64,000 nt of DNA from Obrimoposthia wandeli (GCA_977020255.1 CDROCS010002105.1:496001-560000), one strand, 5' to 3'. Positions 1-9,619 are shown, counted from the stretch's first letter. A program made the numbers and translations. Notes: generated from the letters alone by a model not told the origin.

Positions 1-244
1 GTTCTTCGTTGATTTCAACAATTTCACCAGTAACAGGAGCGTAAATATCAGATGCTGCTTTTACTGATTCAACAAGAGAGAATGTTTCGCCTGCTTCAAC
101 TGAATCACCAACTTCTGGAAGATCCACAAAAACCACGTCGCCTAAAAGACCTTGAGCGTGGTTAGAAATGCCCATGGTGATAGTGCCGTCGCCGTTATCA
201 CGAACCCACTCATGGCTTTCAGCAAACTTAAGTGTATTTTCCAT
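1..244 (-). CDS. gcvH: Glycine cleavage system H protein (5' part, runs off window)
   Basis: Manual translation from ATG at 244: [43 protein letters not shown]...[24 protein letters not shown], with lipoyl-Lys motif ESVKAASD; lies next to glyA. Confidence 0.97.
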   Translation of the reverse strand, partial: MENTLKFAESHEWVRDNGDGTITMGISNHAQGLLGDVVFVDLPEVGDSVEAGETFSLVESVKAASDIYAPVTGEIVEINEE

Positions 245-415
245 TTTAAACTCCTCGCGTAAATGTTCCGCAGATAATGTTTTTTTTAAAAGCGTGCTGT
301 TTATACAGACAGGCCATTTGAATTAATCATTTTTGTTGTTACATGCTCTCTATAACGATGTTCTTCATAAAAAAGAGGTGTTACGAGAGCATGATATGTC
401 GGTAAATTTTGGTTT

Positions 416-1711
416 TTACTGGTAAAGCGGGAAACGGCTACACAGCTTCTGAACTTGCTGTTTAACATGTTTTTCCACTTCACTGTTGTCTTCTGGGTTA
501 GCCGCTAGACCGTCTAGTACATCGCCAATCCATTCACCAATTTGCTTGAATTCGTCATTGCCGAAGCCACGGCTTGTACCTGCTGGTGTGCCTAAACGAA
601 TACCCGAGGTTACCATTGGTTTTTCAGTATCAAACGGGATTCCATTTTTATTACAAGTGATGCCTGCACGTTCTAGTGCATTTTCAGCAGCATTACCTTT
701 CAATCCCTTAGGGCGAAGGTCAACCAACATCAAATGGGTATCTGTTCCGTTAGTTACAATATCGCAGCCACGATTTTGTAGTACTTCGGCTAATACTTTG
801 GCGTTGCTAATCACATTTTTGATATAAATTTTGAAATCAGGTTCTAATGCTTCACCAAATGCGACAGCTTTACCCGCAATAACGTGCATCAACGGACCAC
901 CCTGAAGACCAGGGAATACCGCAGAGTTAATCTTTTTATTGATGTCTTCTAGGTTTGTTAGAATCATGCCACCACGCGGACCACGTAACGTTTTGTGTGT
1001 TGTTGTGGTAATAACATGCGCATGTGGGATAGGGCTAGGGTGTTCACCCGCAGCAATAAGGCCTGCGATGTGTGCCATATCAACCATTAGGAAAGCGCCA
1101 ACTTCATCAGCGATTTCACGGAATTTTGCAAAATTGATTGTACGAGGAATAGCTGAACCACCCGCAATAATCATTTTTGGTTTGTGCTCGATAGCCAGTT
1201 CACGCACTTGGTCATAATCAATTTCTAGAGTGTCTTTGTTCACGCCGTATTGAACAGCATCAAACCACTTACCAGAAAGAGCAGGGCGTGCACCGTGTGT
1301 TAAGTGGCCGCCAGCATCCAAAGACATACCTAAGATAGTGTCACCAGGTTGAAGCAGTGCAAGCATAACTGCACCGTTTGCTTGAGCGCCAGAGTGAGGC
1401 TGAACGTTAACATATTCACATTGGAATAATTGCTTGGCACGAGCGATAGCGATCTTTTCTACTTCATCAACATGTTCACAACCACCGTAGTAACGACGGC
1501 CCGCATAACCTTCAGCATACTTATTGGTTAAACAAGTACCTTGTGCTTGCATTACTGCTTTAGAAACGATGTTTTCAGAGGCTATCAGCTCAATTTGCTG
1601 ATTCTGGCGGTTAAGCTCAGCTTCGATACCTGCGTTAACGGCACCGTCAACCTGTGCAAGGTTGGTTGAAAAGAACATTTCTAAATCATGATTTTGATAC
1701 GAAGCTTTCAT
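416..1711 (-). CDS. glyA: Serine hydroxymethyltransferase
   Basis: [28 protein letters not shown] and PLP-lysine motif [14 protein letters not shown]. Confidence 0.98.
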   Translation of the reverse strand: MKASYQNHDLEMFFSTNLAQVDGAVNAGIEAELNRQNQQIELIASENIVSKAVMQAQGTCLTNKYAEGYAGRRYYGGCEHVDEVEKIAIARAKQLFQCEYVNVQPHSGAQANGAVMLALLQPGDTILGMSLDAGGHLTHGARPALSGKWFDAVQYGVNKDTLEIDYDQVRELAIEHKPKMIIAGGSAIPRTINFAKFREIADEVGAFLMVDMAHIAGLIAAGEHPSPIPHAHVITTTTHKTLRGPRGGMILTNLEDINKKINSAVFPGLQGGPLMHVIAGKAVAFGEALEPDFKIYIKNVISNAKVLAEVLQNRGCDIVTNGTDTHLMLVDLRPKGLKGNAAENALERAGITCNKNGIPFDTEKPMVTSGIRLGTPAGTSRGFGNDEFKQIGEWIGDVLDGLAANPEDNSEVEKHVKQQVQKLCSRFPLYQ

Positions 1712-1934
1712 TCACGTTATCCTCAAGTCGAGCTCCAAGGCAGTTAAGCATTTATCAGAGCCGTTCATATTTGTAGGTATGGTTTATTCTAATTTTAATA
1801 ACGTTTCGTCTTGTTTTATCTTGGCAGTGAAGAGCAATACTGCCAACAAGTACGTAACATACCCTTCTATAGATAGCCGATCAAACAAAAATTTCCAATA
1901 GTGAATTTTTATCTCTTTTAATGCTGGTTATTGT

Positions 1935-1950
1935 ACGCAAACGTTTGCGT
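1935..1950. promoter_or_regulatory. PurR operator (pur box) upstream of glyA
   Basis: Perfect palindrome ACGCAAACGTTTGCGT equals the PurR consensus; glyA is a known PurR target. Confidence 0.85.
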
Positions 1951-2156
1951 GCTGTCATGTGAATTCCTATTATAAGGCCAAATTGTTAGTCAATTTCAGT
2001 TTACAGTAGTCGTTGATAATTTGTTTTAATTTGTGATAACCCCTTTTACATAAAGGGGTGAGGGATATTTCTAAATACATTAAATTAAAATGATATCGGT
2101 GTTATAAATGATGAGTTTTTCATTGATTAAGGCGATGTTTCAGATTTACATTTTCC

Positions 2157-2176
2157 AAGTTTCCTTTAGGAAACTT
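2157..2176. promoter_or_regulatory. Candidate operator for the adjacent XRE regulator
   Basis: AAGTTTCCT-TT-AGGAAACTT, perfect 9-bp inverted repeat in the divergent glyA/XRE intergenic region. Confidence 0.5.
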
Positions 2177-2282
2177 TGTTTCAAATATGACGCATGGGTC
2201 ATGCTTTTTATTCGCGATAACTTTTAAGTTTCGGGCAAGCTATGCCAGAATGAAGATATAGTATTGGGCAAGGAGGGCCGTA

Positions 2283-2909
2283 ATGACCGATAAAAACGAA
2301 CAAGATATTTACCCATCAATGAGCGTTGCGAAAGAACTGGAAAGTGAAAAAATCAAGCCGCTAAAGCTCGGTAAACGCTTAAAAGAAATTCGCATGGCAC
2401 ATGGTTTAACACTTGAAGAAGCGAGTAAAAGAACAGGTCTTGCACGTTCAACGCTTTCAAAGATTGAAAACGAACAAATATCGCCAACATTTCAAGCAAT
2501 GCAAAAGTTGGCGAATGGTTTAAGTGTTGATATACCTCAACTTTTTGCGCCGCCGAAGCAGATAAAGGCAACAGGTCGCCGTGATATAACACGTACTGGC
2601 GAGGGTAAGCCACATCCCACTTCAACCTATGAGCATGAGCTATTAGCAACACAGTTAACGCATAAGAAAATGATGCCGTTTAAGTCTCGTGTTCGTGCCC
2701 GCTTTTTTGAAGATTACTCTGATTGGATTCGTCATGATGGTGAAGAGTTTTTATTGGTGTTGTCAGGACAGATAACCTTCTATTCTGAGTTTTATGAACC
2801 CGTCGTGTTAAGCGAAGGTGACTCCGTATATTACGACGCAAACATGGGGCATATGCTTATTTCTTTAAGTGAAGACGATGCACTTATCCTTTGGGTTACA
2901 GCCTCTTAG
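2283..2909 (+). CDS. XRE-family HTH transcriptional regulator with C-terminal cupin domain
   Basis: LGKRLKEIRMAHGLTLEEASKRTGLARSTLSKIENEQISPT (HTH_3); cupin HDGEEFLLVLSG...EGDSVYYDANMGH. Confidence 0.92.
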   Translation: MTDKNEQDIYPSMSVAKELESEKIKPLKLGKRLKEIRMAHGLTLEEASKRTGLARSTLSKIENEQISPTFQAMQKLANGLSVDIPQLFAPPKQIKATGRRDITRTGEGKPHPTSTYEHELLATQLTHKKMMPFKSRVRARFFEDYSDWIRHDGEEFLLVLSGQITFYSEFYEPVVLSEGDSVYYDANMGHMLISLSEDDALILWVTAS

Positions 2910-3257
2910 CTCAATGTGTGTGATGAAGGTCTTCTTTTTAACATTTGTTTTTTAAGCTTGATGATAGGTTTGTAAGTTACTTGTCATTGTTGACAAGTGT
3001 TTAACATTTAAGGTTTTTAAAGGGAATCAAGCAGCACATTACAAGTGTGTTAGTGGCTGGTTATCTAGACATCATCGACAGATTCGGAAAGAAATCTGAA
3101 TTTATGTGAGTGAGAACGGGTTGAACTAAACTAAACTTTGTCTATTATAAGAAACTCATTAACAAAAACATAACAATCAGCATTGGTAGTTGTTGTTTAA
3201 AACAAAGCCGACTATGTTTTTGCAGAGATAGTGATAATAGCGAGGATAGTGTTCCCC

Positions 3258-4637
3258 ATGGAAGCTTTAACGAACTTGATATCTGCAATAAATGGTGTGG
3301 TGTGGGGTGTTCCCATGCTAGTAATGATTCTTGGTGTAGGATTATTTTTAACGTTTGGTCTGAAATTAATGCCAATTTTAAAGCTAGGTACTGGCTTTAA
3401 ATTGTTATGGACTGGGCGAATTCCTGAAAAAGAAGAAAATGTAAAAGGTGAGATAAGCCCGTTCAACGCGTTAATGACATCCCTTTCTGCCACTATTGGT
3501 ACAGGTAACATTGCGGGGGTGGCAACGGCTATCTTCTTAGGTGGTCCGGGCGCATTGTTTTGGATGTGGTGTACAGCGTTAGTCGGAATGGCAACGAAAT
3601 ATGCTGAAGCGGTTTGTGCGGTGAAATACCGTGAAACCGATGCGAATGGGAACCATGTTGGTGGCCCAATGTATTACATCAAAAATGGCTTAAGCAGTAA
3701 GTGGTCTTGGCTGGCTACTGCGTTTGCTATTTTTGGTTCAATTGCCGGTTTTGGTATTGGTAATACAGTGCAATCGAATTCCGTTGCAAGTGCTATTGAA
3801 TCAAGTTTTGGTGTTGCACCAATGATTTCAGGCTTAGTAATGATGGTGCTGGTTGGTTTGGTATTAATGGGGGGCATAAAGCGTATTGCTGATGTTGCAG
3901 GAAAATTAGTACCACTGATGGCTGCTTTTTATATTGCGGCTGGCTTAGTCGTATTGATGATCAATGCGGCAGAAGTACCGGCAGCCGTTGCATTGATTTT
4001 TGAAAGCGCGTTCAACCCAGTTGCTGCTCAAGGTGGATTTGCTGGTGCGGCGGTGTGGGCTGCAATTCGTTTCGGTGTCGCACGGGGTGTGTTCTCGAAT
4101 GAAGCTGGTTTAGGTAGTGCGCCTATTGCGCATGCGGCTGCACAAACAAAGAACCCAGTATCACAAGGCTTAGTCGCGATGTTGGGTACCTTTATTGATA
4201 CCTTAGTGGTTTGTACCATCACAGGTTTAGCCATTGTGGTATCAGGTGAGTGGACATCTGGCGCAACAGGAGCAGCACTGACTTCAGCCGCTTTTGCTTC
4301 AGCATTGCCCGGTATTGGTAATTATCTTGTCGCTATTGCTCTATCAGTTTTTGCTTTCACCACAATTTTAGGCTGGAGCTTCTATAGCGAAAAGTGTGTT
4401 CAGTATCTTTTGGGTGTGAAAGCGGTGGTGCCTTTTCGAATACTGTGGATTTTGGCTGTGCCTATTGGGGCAACCAGCTCTTTAGAATTCATTTGGTTAC
4501 TCGCAGATACATTAAACGCAATGATGGCAATTCCTAACCTAATTGCTCTGATGTTGCTAAGTCCTGTGGTCTTTAAGCTGACAAAAGAATATTTTTCTGA
4601 TCAGCAAAAAAACGATGAACAAACAGGTGAATCATAA
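3258..4637 (+). CDS. Sodium:alanine/glycine symporter (AGCS family)
   Basis: ATIGTGNIAGVATAI..GGPGALFWMW and RGVFSNEAGLGSAPIAHAAA; start moved to ATG 3258 (GAGGA upstream), ORF track starts at 3231. Confidence 0.95.
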   Translation: MEALTNLISAINGVVWGVPMLVMILGVGLFLTFGLKLMPILKLGTGFKLLWTGRIPEKEENVKGEISPFNALMTSLSATIGTGNIAGVATAIFLGGPGALFWMWCTALVGMATKYAEAVCAVKYRETDANGNHVGGPMYYIKNGLSSKWSWLATAFAIFGSIAGFGIGNTVQSNSVASAIESSFGVAPMISGLVMMVLVGLVLMGGIKRIADVAGKLVPLMAAFYIAAGLVVLMINAAEVPAAVALIFESAFNPVAAQGGFAGAAVWAAIRFGVARGVFSNEAGLGSAPIAHAAAQTKNPVSQGLVAMLGTFIDTLVVCTITGLAIVVSGEWTSGATGAALTSAAFASALPGIGNYLVAIALSVFAFTTILGWSFYSEKCVQYLLGVKAVVPFRILWILAVPIGATSSLEFIWLLADTLNAMMAIPNLIALMLLSPVVFKLTKEYFSDQQKNDEQTGES

Positions 4638-4715
4638 GGTTGGAATGGTTTTATTACCAACTAGTAGTATGGATTAATTGACCGCAGGGTATGCGGTCTA
4701 TGGAGTATTAAACGT

Positions 4716-5834
4716 ATGTCTCACGAACTTCTGGTTACCCCTCTTCATGCGCTACATATTGAAATGGGCGCAAAAATGGTTCCATTCGCGGGCTATGATA
4801 TGCCTGTTCAGTACGCATTAGGTGTACGCAAAGAACACTTGCATTGCCGCGATGCAGCCGGTTTATTTGATGTTTCTCATATGGGGCAACTACGTCTGCA
4901 TGGCGCAAATGCAGCGAAAGCGATTGAAGCATTAGTACCTGTTGATATTATCGATTTGCCTGCGGGCAAGCAGCGTTATGCTTTCTTCACGAATGAAGAA
5001 GGGGGTATCAGCGATGATTTAATGGTGACAAACTTTGGTGATCACTTATTCGTTGTGGTTAACGCGGCATGTAAAGATCAAGATATTGCACACATTCAAG
5101 CTAACCTGCCTGAAGATGTAGTAATGGAAGTGATTCACGATCGCGCTCTTCTTGCACTTCAAGGTCCAAAAGCGGCTGAAGTACTCGCTCGTTTGAACCC
5201 TGTAGTGAGCGACATGGTCTTCATGGATGCGACAAAACTAGAATTGTGTGGCGTTGAATGCTACGTAAGCCGTTCTGGTTACACGGGTGAAGATGGATAC
5301 GAAATATCTGTACCAGCAGATACCGCTGATGCATTTGCTCGCGAGCTGTTAGCGTATGCAGAAGTGGAGTGGATTGGTCTTGGTGCGCGTGACTCATTAC
5401 GTCTTGAATGTGGTTTGTGCTTATACGGACACGATCTTGACCCAACAACAACGCCAGTCGAAGCAAGTCTACTTTGGGGGATCAGCAAGTGTCGCCGTGC
5501 AGATGGTGAGCGTGCGGGTGGTTTCCCTGGTGCAGAACTTATTCTTGAGCAGATCAAAACCAAAGATGTTGCGCGTAAGCGTGTTGGACTTCTTGGTCAC
5601 TCAAAAGCACCAGTTCGTGAAGGTAGCAAGCTATTTGATGCCAACGATAATGAAGTGGGTATTGTTACAAGTGGCACGTTTGGTCCTTCTAAAGGCATGC
5701 CCGTTGCAATGGCTTACGTTCAGACGGGTCTTGCAGTGATTGGTACAGAGCTATTTGCAGAAGTTCGTGGTAAGAAATTACCGATGACTGTTGAAAAAAT
5801 GCCGTTCGTACCACAGCGTTACTACCGCGGTTAA
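4716..5834 (+). CDS. gcvT: Glycine cleavage system aminomethyltransferase T
   Basis: TPLHALH, MVPFAGYDMPVQY, GLFDVSHMGQ, SRSGYTGEDGYEI, GLGARDSLRLECGLCLYG. Confidence 0.98.
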   Translation: MSHELLVTPLHALHIEMGAKMVPFAGYDMPVQYALGVRKEHLHCRDAAGLFDVSHMGQLRLHGANAAKAIEALVPVDIIDLPAGKQRYAFFTNEEGGISDDLMVTNFGDHLFVVVNAACKDQDIAHIQANLPEDVVMEVIHDRALLALQGPKAAEVLARLNPVVSDMVFMDATKLELCGVECYVSRSGYTGEDGYEISVPADTADAFARELLAYAEVEWIGLGARDSLRLECGLCLYGHDLDPTTTPVEASLLWGISKCRRADGERAGGFPGAELILEQIKTKDVARKRVGLLGHSKAPVREGSKLFDANDNEVGIVTSGTFGPSKGMPVAMAYVQTGLAVIGTELFAEVRGKKLPMTVEKMPFVPQRYYRG

Positions 5835-5932
5835 TTGATTAGTATTCCCACTACTTTGCGACTAGGGTGGTGGGGGTTCTTGATGATGAATTTATGAAGA
5901 ACAGAAAGTGCTAATTAGTGAAATGATTAATT

Positions 5933-5961
5933 AAAAAAGGAGCGATTCTAGCTCCTTTTTT
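5933..5961. terminator. Bidirectional intrinsic terminator
   Basis: AAAAAAGGAGC-GATTCTA-GCTCCTTTTTT between convergent genes. Confidence 0.8.
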
Positions 5962-6066
5962 CATGCCAAATTTATGCGGATTATCAACCTGAAACAGGCT
6001 CCATATAAACAATGTTAATATGTGAGGCATGCGAACGATAACAGCGAGCACCAACATCTATGTTGG

Positions 6067-6276
6067 TTAATGGCTTTTTACCATAGTTTGATAAACAGAT
6101 TTGAACAGCAGATTAAATCCGTCTTGTGAAATTTCACGTGCTGTCATCTTTGCCGCTTTCAGTCTGCGATAGCACTCACCAAGGGTAGCAAGTACGACTT
6201 CTTGTTCTTTAGGATTCAATTTATTCATCATTGTTGGCTCACTATCAGTAGTAATAAACATTGTTTTTTTTATCAC
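6067..6276 (-). CDS. Small hypothetical protein
   Basis: 69-aa ORF co-oriented with two upstream genes; true start may be the MMNKLNP methionines; no motif recognised. Confidence 0.6.
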   Translation of the reverse strand: MIKKTMFITTDSEPTMMNKLNPKEQEVVLATLGECYRRLKAAKMTAREISQDGFNLLFKSVYQTMVKSH

Positions 6277-6333
6277 TCAAATATATCTGATAGTTTATGA
6301 ATCAACTCTGAACGAAGATGCAGAAATATCCAA

Positions 6334-6612
6334 TTACCTTACTCGTATTAATCGGTGTGGCGTGCCTTCCAAGTTAAATACTTTCGCTTGTGCCCGCTTC
6401 ATATTAGAAACCTGTACAAGCATGGTATTTGTGTAGTGTTTTCTTTTCATCCATTGAAGTGGCTCAGTGAAACCGCCTTCATCGACGACGAAGGTGTCAC
6501 AACTAAAGCCTTCGCCTATGCTGACAATCCACACGCGTTGTTGAAAATCCATTACTTCGAGGCATGAGCTTGAAAACCGCTGCCATAGTGTTCGGATGTG
6601 AGTACTCATCAT
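6334..6612 (-). CDS. Small hypothetical protein
   Basis: 92-aa ORF between GST and the 69-aa ORF on the same strand; no motif recognised. Confidence 0.6.
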   Translation of the reverse strand: MMSTHIRTLWQRFSSSCLEVMDFQQRVWIVSIGEGFSCDTFVVDEGGFTEPLQWMKRKHYTNTMLVQVSNMKRAQAKVFNLEGTPHRLIRVR

Positions 6613-6637
6613 ATAATCCAGTTAATGTATTTAAAGT

Positions 6638-7288
6638 TTACTCAAAAAGAAAAGACTCATGCTTATCAAGCCAAAGCGGGTATTTTGCCATTATTTTCGA
6701 AAACACGTTGCTCTCTAGGTGTTTGGCTAACCAGCCTTGAACTTTAGGGTAAGGTGATTGCTCAAACCATTGTCGATCAACATGCGCGAATTGACGAATA
6801 AAGGGGAAAATTGCATAGTCCGCTAGGGTGGGCGCCGTTCCCATTAAATAATTGGAAGTACTCAATCGCTCTTCGAGTACATTTAAAAAATGCATGCCTT
6901 GTTGGCGGTAGTACTCTTCTGGAAAGTCAGGATGACGATCAGCATATTTGTACTTATCTAACCAGCCTTTGAATTCACCATCACAAGTAGCAATCAATGC
7001 ATCAATGTCAGATTGAATAGATGGATTGTCGATGCAGAGTAAATTCGCTGAGTCATTTTGCTGAAGTGCCCATTTCATAATATCTAGGCTTTCATCGATA
7101 ACTGAACCATCACTCAATACTAAAACGGGCACCGTTCCTTTTTCTGATGCTGCTAGCATGTCGACAGGTTTATTTTTTAGTATTATTTCACGCAGCAGAA
7201 CAGAACGGTTTGCTAATAATAATCCCATTCGTGCACGCATCGCGTAAGGACAGCGACGAAAAGAATACAGTATAGGCTGTTGTGGCAT
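6638..7288 (-). CDS. Glutathione S-transferase family protein
   Basis: LYSFRRCPYAMRAR thioredoxin-fold N-terminus, KGTVPVL, IDESLDIM, LADYAIFPFIRQF. Confidence 0.93.
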   Translation of the reverse strand: MPQQPILYSFRRCPYAMRARMGLLLANRSVLLREIILKNKPVDMLAASEKGTVPVLVLSDGSVIDESLDIMKWALQQNDSANLLCIDNPSIQSDIDALIATCDGEFKGWLDKYKYADRHPDFPEEYYRQQGMHFLNVLEERLSTSNYLMGTAPTLADYAIFPFIRQFAHVDRQWFEQSPYPKVQGWLAKHLESNVFSKIMAKYPLWLDKHESFLFE

Positions 7289-7502
7289 GTATTTATCCTG
7301 AATACAGCAAAAAATCTATTGCTATAGTAACGTGAGTTATCATGAAAACTAAAATAATTACCGTTAATAAATTTTAGTAAATACTCTAGAAAAAAAGCTA
7401 ACGCCAATTTCTCCGTCTATAATTTTAGTCAGTCATGTCTTGAGTGAAAAATATGGATTAACACTCAACAAAAAAAACACACTTAATAAGGGAATAGTAC
7501 TG

Positions 7503-8330
7503 ATGGCAGCATTAACAGGCGTCACTGTTTTTATAACCGGCTCTAGCCGAGGAATTGGTCGTGAAATTGCTTTAATTTGTGCTCAACAAGGCGCTAACAT
7601 TGTTATCGCTGCAAAGTCTGATCAACCACACCCTAAATTAGCAGGCACCATTCATAGCGTTGCTCAAGAAGTCGAAGAGGCGGGTGGCAACGCGTTGGCG
7701 ATTAAGCTGGATGTACGTGATGAAGAAGCTGTAAACCTTGCAATGCAACAAGCGTTTGAAACCTTTGGTAGTATTGATGTACTGGTTAATAACGCCAGTG
7801 CAATAGTATTAACGCGGTTACAAGATACGGATATTAAGCGCTTCGACCTCATTAATTCGATTAATGTGCGTGGCTCATTAGTGTGCTCAAAAGCGGCGAT
7901 ACCGTATTTAAAGAAAAGCAGTAACCCTCATATTATTACGCTATCGCCACCTATTAACCTCGCGTCGCATTGGTTGAAACCCTATATTCCCTACACAATC
8001 ACAAAATATGGCATGACACTGTTAACCATGGGGTTAGCCGAAGAGCTAAGAGACGATGGCATTTCAGCTGCCACGTTATGGCCGCAAACGTCAATTGCCA
8101 CTGCTGCGGTTGAATTTGCGATAGGTAAAGAGCTGCTAAAACACTCAAGAACGCCCCGCATAATGGCAGAAGCGGCGTTAGAAATTATTAAGACAGAACA
8201 TTTACAATTAAGTGGGCAAACATTGATCGATGAAGGCTTGCTGAAAGAGCGAGGGTTTACGGATTTTGAGCAGTATAAGTATGATCCTAATTCTGAAGAC
8301 CTGATGCGTGATCTATTTCTGGATGAGTAA
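7503..8330 (+). CDS. SDR oxidoreductase (HSDL2-like)
   Basis: ITGSSRGIG Rossmann motif, NNASAI, catalytic YTITK; start ATG 7503 with AAGGGA upstream. Confidence 0.88.
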   Translation: MAALTGVTVFITGSSRGIGREIALICAQQGANIVIAAKSDQPHPKLAGTIHSVAQEVEEAGGNALAIKLDVRDEEAVNLAMQQAFETFGSIDVLVNNASAIVLTRLQDTDIKRFDLINSINVRGSLVCSKAAIPYLKKSSNPHIITLSPPINLASHWLKPYIPYTITKYGMTLLTMGLAEELRDDGISAATLWPQTSIATAAVEFAIGKELLKHSRTPRIMAEAALEIIKTEHLQLSGQTLIDEGLLKERGFTDFEQYKYDPNSEDLMRDLFLDE

Positions 8331-8369
8331 TTTTTGCTGATAGTTATTGCCTGTTCGAGGTACAGGCTT

Positions 8370-8396
8370 AAAAAGCCGCTAACAATATAGCGGCTT
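8370..8396. repeat. Terminator-like hairpin, copy 1 of a 27-bp direct repeat
   Basis: AAAAAGCCGCTAACAATATAGCGGCTT, 26/27 identical to 9353-9379. Confidence 0.8.
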
Positions 8397-8592
8397 CTTT
8401 GCCGCCAGTCTCAATGCATATTTCCCATCTGGGTCCTGATGTTATAATCGAGCCCAATCTTATGAGCATCTAGTTCTTGAATGTTTTACAATTGTTCATT
8501 ATTGATTTGTGGTTAATACCAAGAAAATTAGCCAATATTGTCCGTCAAGGGTATGATGTTTTTTGGTCTTAAAGGTGTCAATCGGTACAACA

Positions 8593-9165
8593 ATGAATTC
8601 AACGCTTCTGCTTAATGTAACTACTCACGCTCTGCTACATCTGGAATTTTGTAATCTAGATAAATCGTTAACCAATCAAATTGAACGAAATATCAAACTT
8701 AACCAATTCCTGAAACGTGCAATTAAAAATAATAATTACAAACGTATCAAAAAGAACATTAAACAGTGGTTAACTGAAGCAAAAAAAAATAATCAAAGCC
8801 TAGAATTGTTACTGTTGTCTGAGCTTTCGATGCTTGTCGATAATTGTTCGACGGACATGCATAAATTTATTGAATTGATCAACATGGTTGAATCTCAGCT
8901 AACAACGAAAGTGCAGTACGCCAATGCACGTGAACTCGATTTAGAGTCTCGGTTTGGTGAAGTGCTAGTTTGTGTCATTGAGTCTGATTTGCATGCCATC
9001 TTTGACGAGGATGGGTTGATGACCAAAACGACGCAATTATTATTCATTGGCCCACCAGCCTATAAAGACCTTTTCTCTGAACAGGTTGATAACAGCGATC
9101 ACTTCCAATCGGTACTCGGCTACGAAGATGAAAACCATTTACGCATAGAGTTATGTCGCTTTTAA
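8593..9165 (+). CDS. DUF2913-like protein
   Basis: HALLHL...RNIKLNQFLK...YKRIKKNIK pattern resembles DUF2913 (recognised from memory, not searched); AT-rich. Confidence 0.6.
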   Translation: MNSTLLLNVTTHALLHLEFCNLDKSLTNQIERNIKLNQFLKRAIKNNNYKRIKKNIKQWLTEAKKNNQSLELLLLSELSMLVDNCSTDMHKFIELINMVESQLTTKVQYANARELDLESRFGEVLVCVIESDLHAIFDEDGLMTKTTQLLFIGPPAYKDLFSEQVDNSDHFQSVLGYEDENHLRIELCRF

Positions 9166-9221
9166 ATCGCTAAGGTTTAAGGCGATCGAAACACAACTTG
9201 TCTCAGGACGGGACATTTATT

Positions 9222-9327
9222 ACTCGCAAGCTCGTACCCTTCGGGCTATTGCCTTTTCGCACCTTCGGTACGGGCAATGTGCTTTCGCTTCGCTCAGGTG
9301 AACCCAGTCTAGGATTCTACATCCCTA
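9222..9327. repeat. Hairpin-rich intergenic element with GAA-triloop minihairpins
   Basis: CCCTTCGGG (9237-45), ATTGCC..ACCTTCGGT..GGCAAT (9248-78), GCTTCGC (9287-93); these read cGAAg on the minus strand. Confidence 0.55.
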
Positions 9328-9352
9328 TCTTATTTGGCAAACTCCAGACGTA

Positions 9353-9383
9353 AAAAAGCCGCTAACAATGTAGCGGCTTTTTT
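9353..9383. terminator. Terminator hairpin, copy 2 of the 27-bp direct repeat
   Basis: AAAAAGCCGCTA-ACAATG-TAGCGGCTTTTTT. Confidence 0.8.
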
Positions 9384-9384
9384 G

Positions 9385-9423
9385 AATGTGGTGGAGCGTT
9401 CTGGGTGTGGCGGATTTGGAACA
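9385..9423 (-). pseudogene. Degenerate tRNA 3'-end remnant / att-like scar
   Basis: AATGTGGTGGAGCG matches 12/14 of AATGTGGCGGAGAG at the tRNA-Ser 3' end; followed by TGTGGCGGATTTGGAAC; sits next to a terminator just as the intact tRNA does. Confidence 0.4.
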
Positions 9424-9451
9424 AATCCCTTTAACCACAAATATTAGATGC

Positions 9452-9482
9452 AAAAAGGGCGCTGATAAATCAGCGCCCTTTT
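9452..9482 (-). terminator. Terminator downstream of tRNA-Ser
   Basis: AAAAAGGGCGCTGAT-AA-ATCAGCGCCCTTTT. Confidence 0.85.
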
Positions 9483-9489
9483 CTAAATG

Positions 9490-9580
9490 TGGCGGAGAGA
9501 TAGGGATTTGAACCCTAGAAGGGCTATAAACCCTTGCTGGTTTTCAAGACCAGTGCTTTCGACCACTCAGCCATCTCTCC
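9490..9580 (-). tRNA. tRNA-Ser (anticodon TGA)
   Basis: Reverse complement GGAGAGATGGCTGAGTGGTCGAAAGCACTGGTC-TTGAAA-ACCAGCAAGGGTTTATAGCCCTTCTAGGGTTCAAATCCCTATCTCTCCGCCA: acceptor stem, long variable arm, TTCAAAT T-loop, encoded CCA. Confidence 0.97.
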
Positions 9581-9590
9581 AACGCGGCGA

Positions 9591-9619
9591 ATAATACGGT
9601 GCAACGACGTAAGTGTAAA
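9591..9619 (-). promoter_or_regulatory. Sigma70 promoter of tRNA-Ser
   Basis: Minus strand TTTACA-17 nt-TATTAT followed by a GC-rich discriminator TCGCCGCG. Confidence 0.75.

Noticed and set aside
2910-3257. Glycine riboswitch upstream of the Ala/Gly symporter
   Set aside because: No GGAGA…CCGAAG…CTCTCAGG aptamer core found by eye on either side of the gene.
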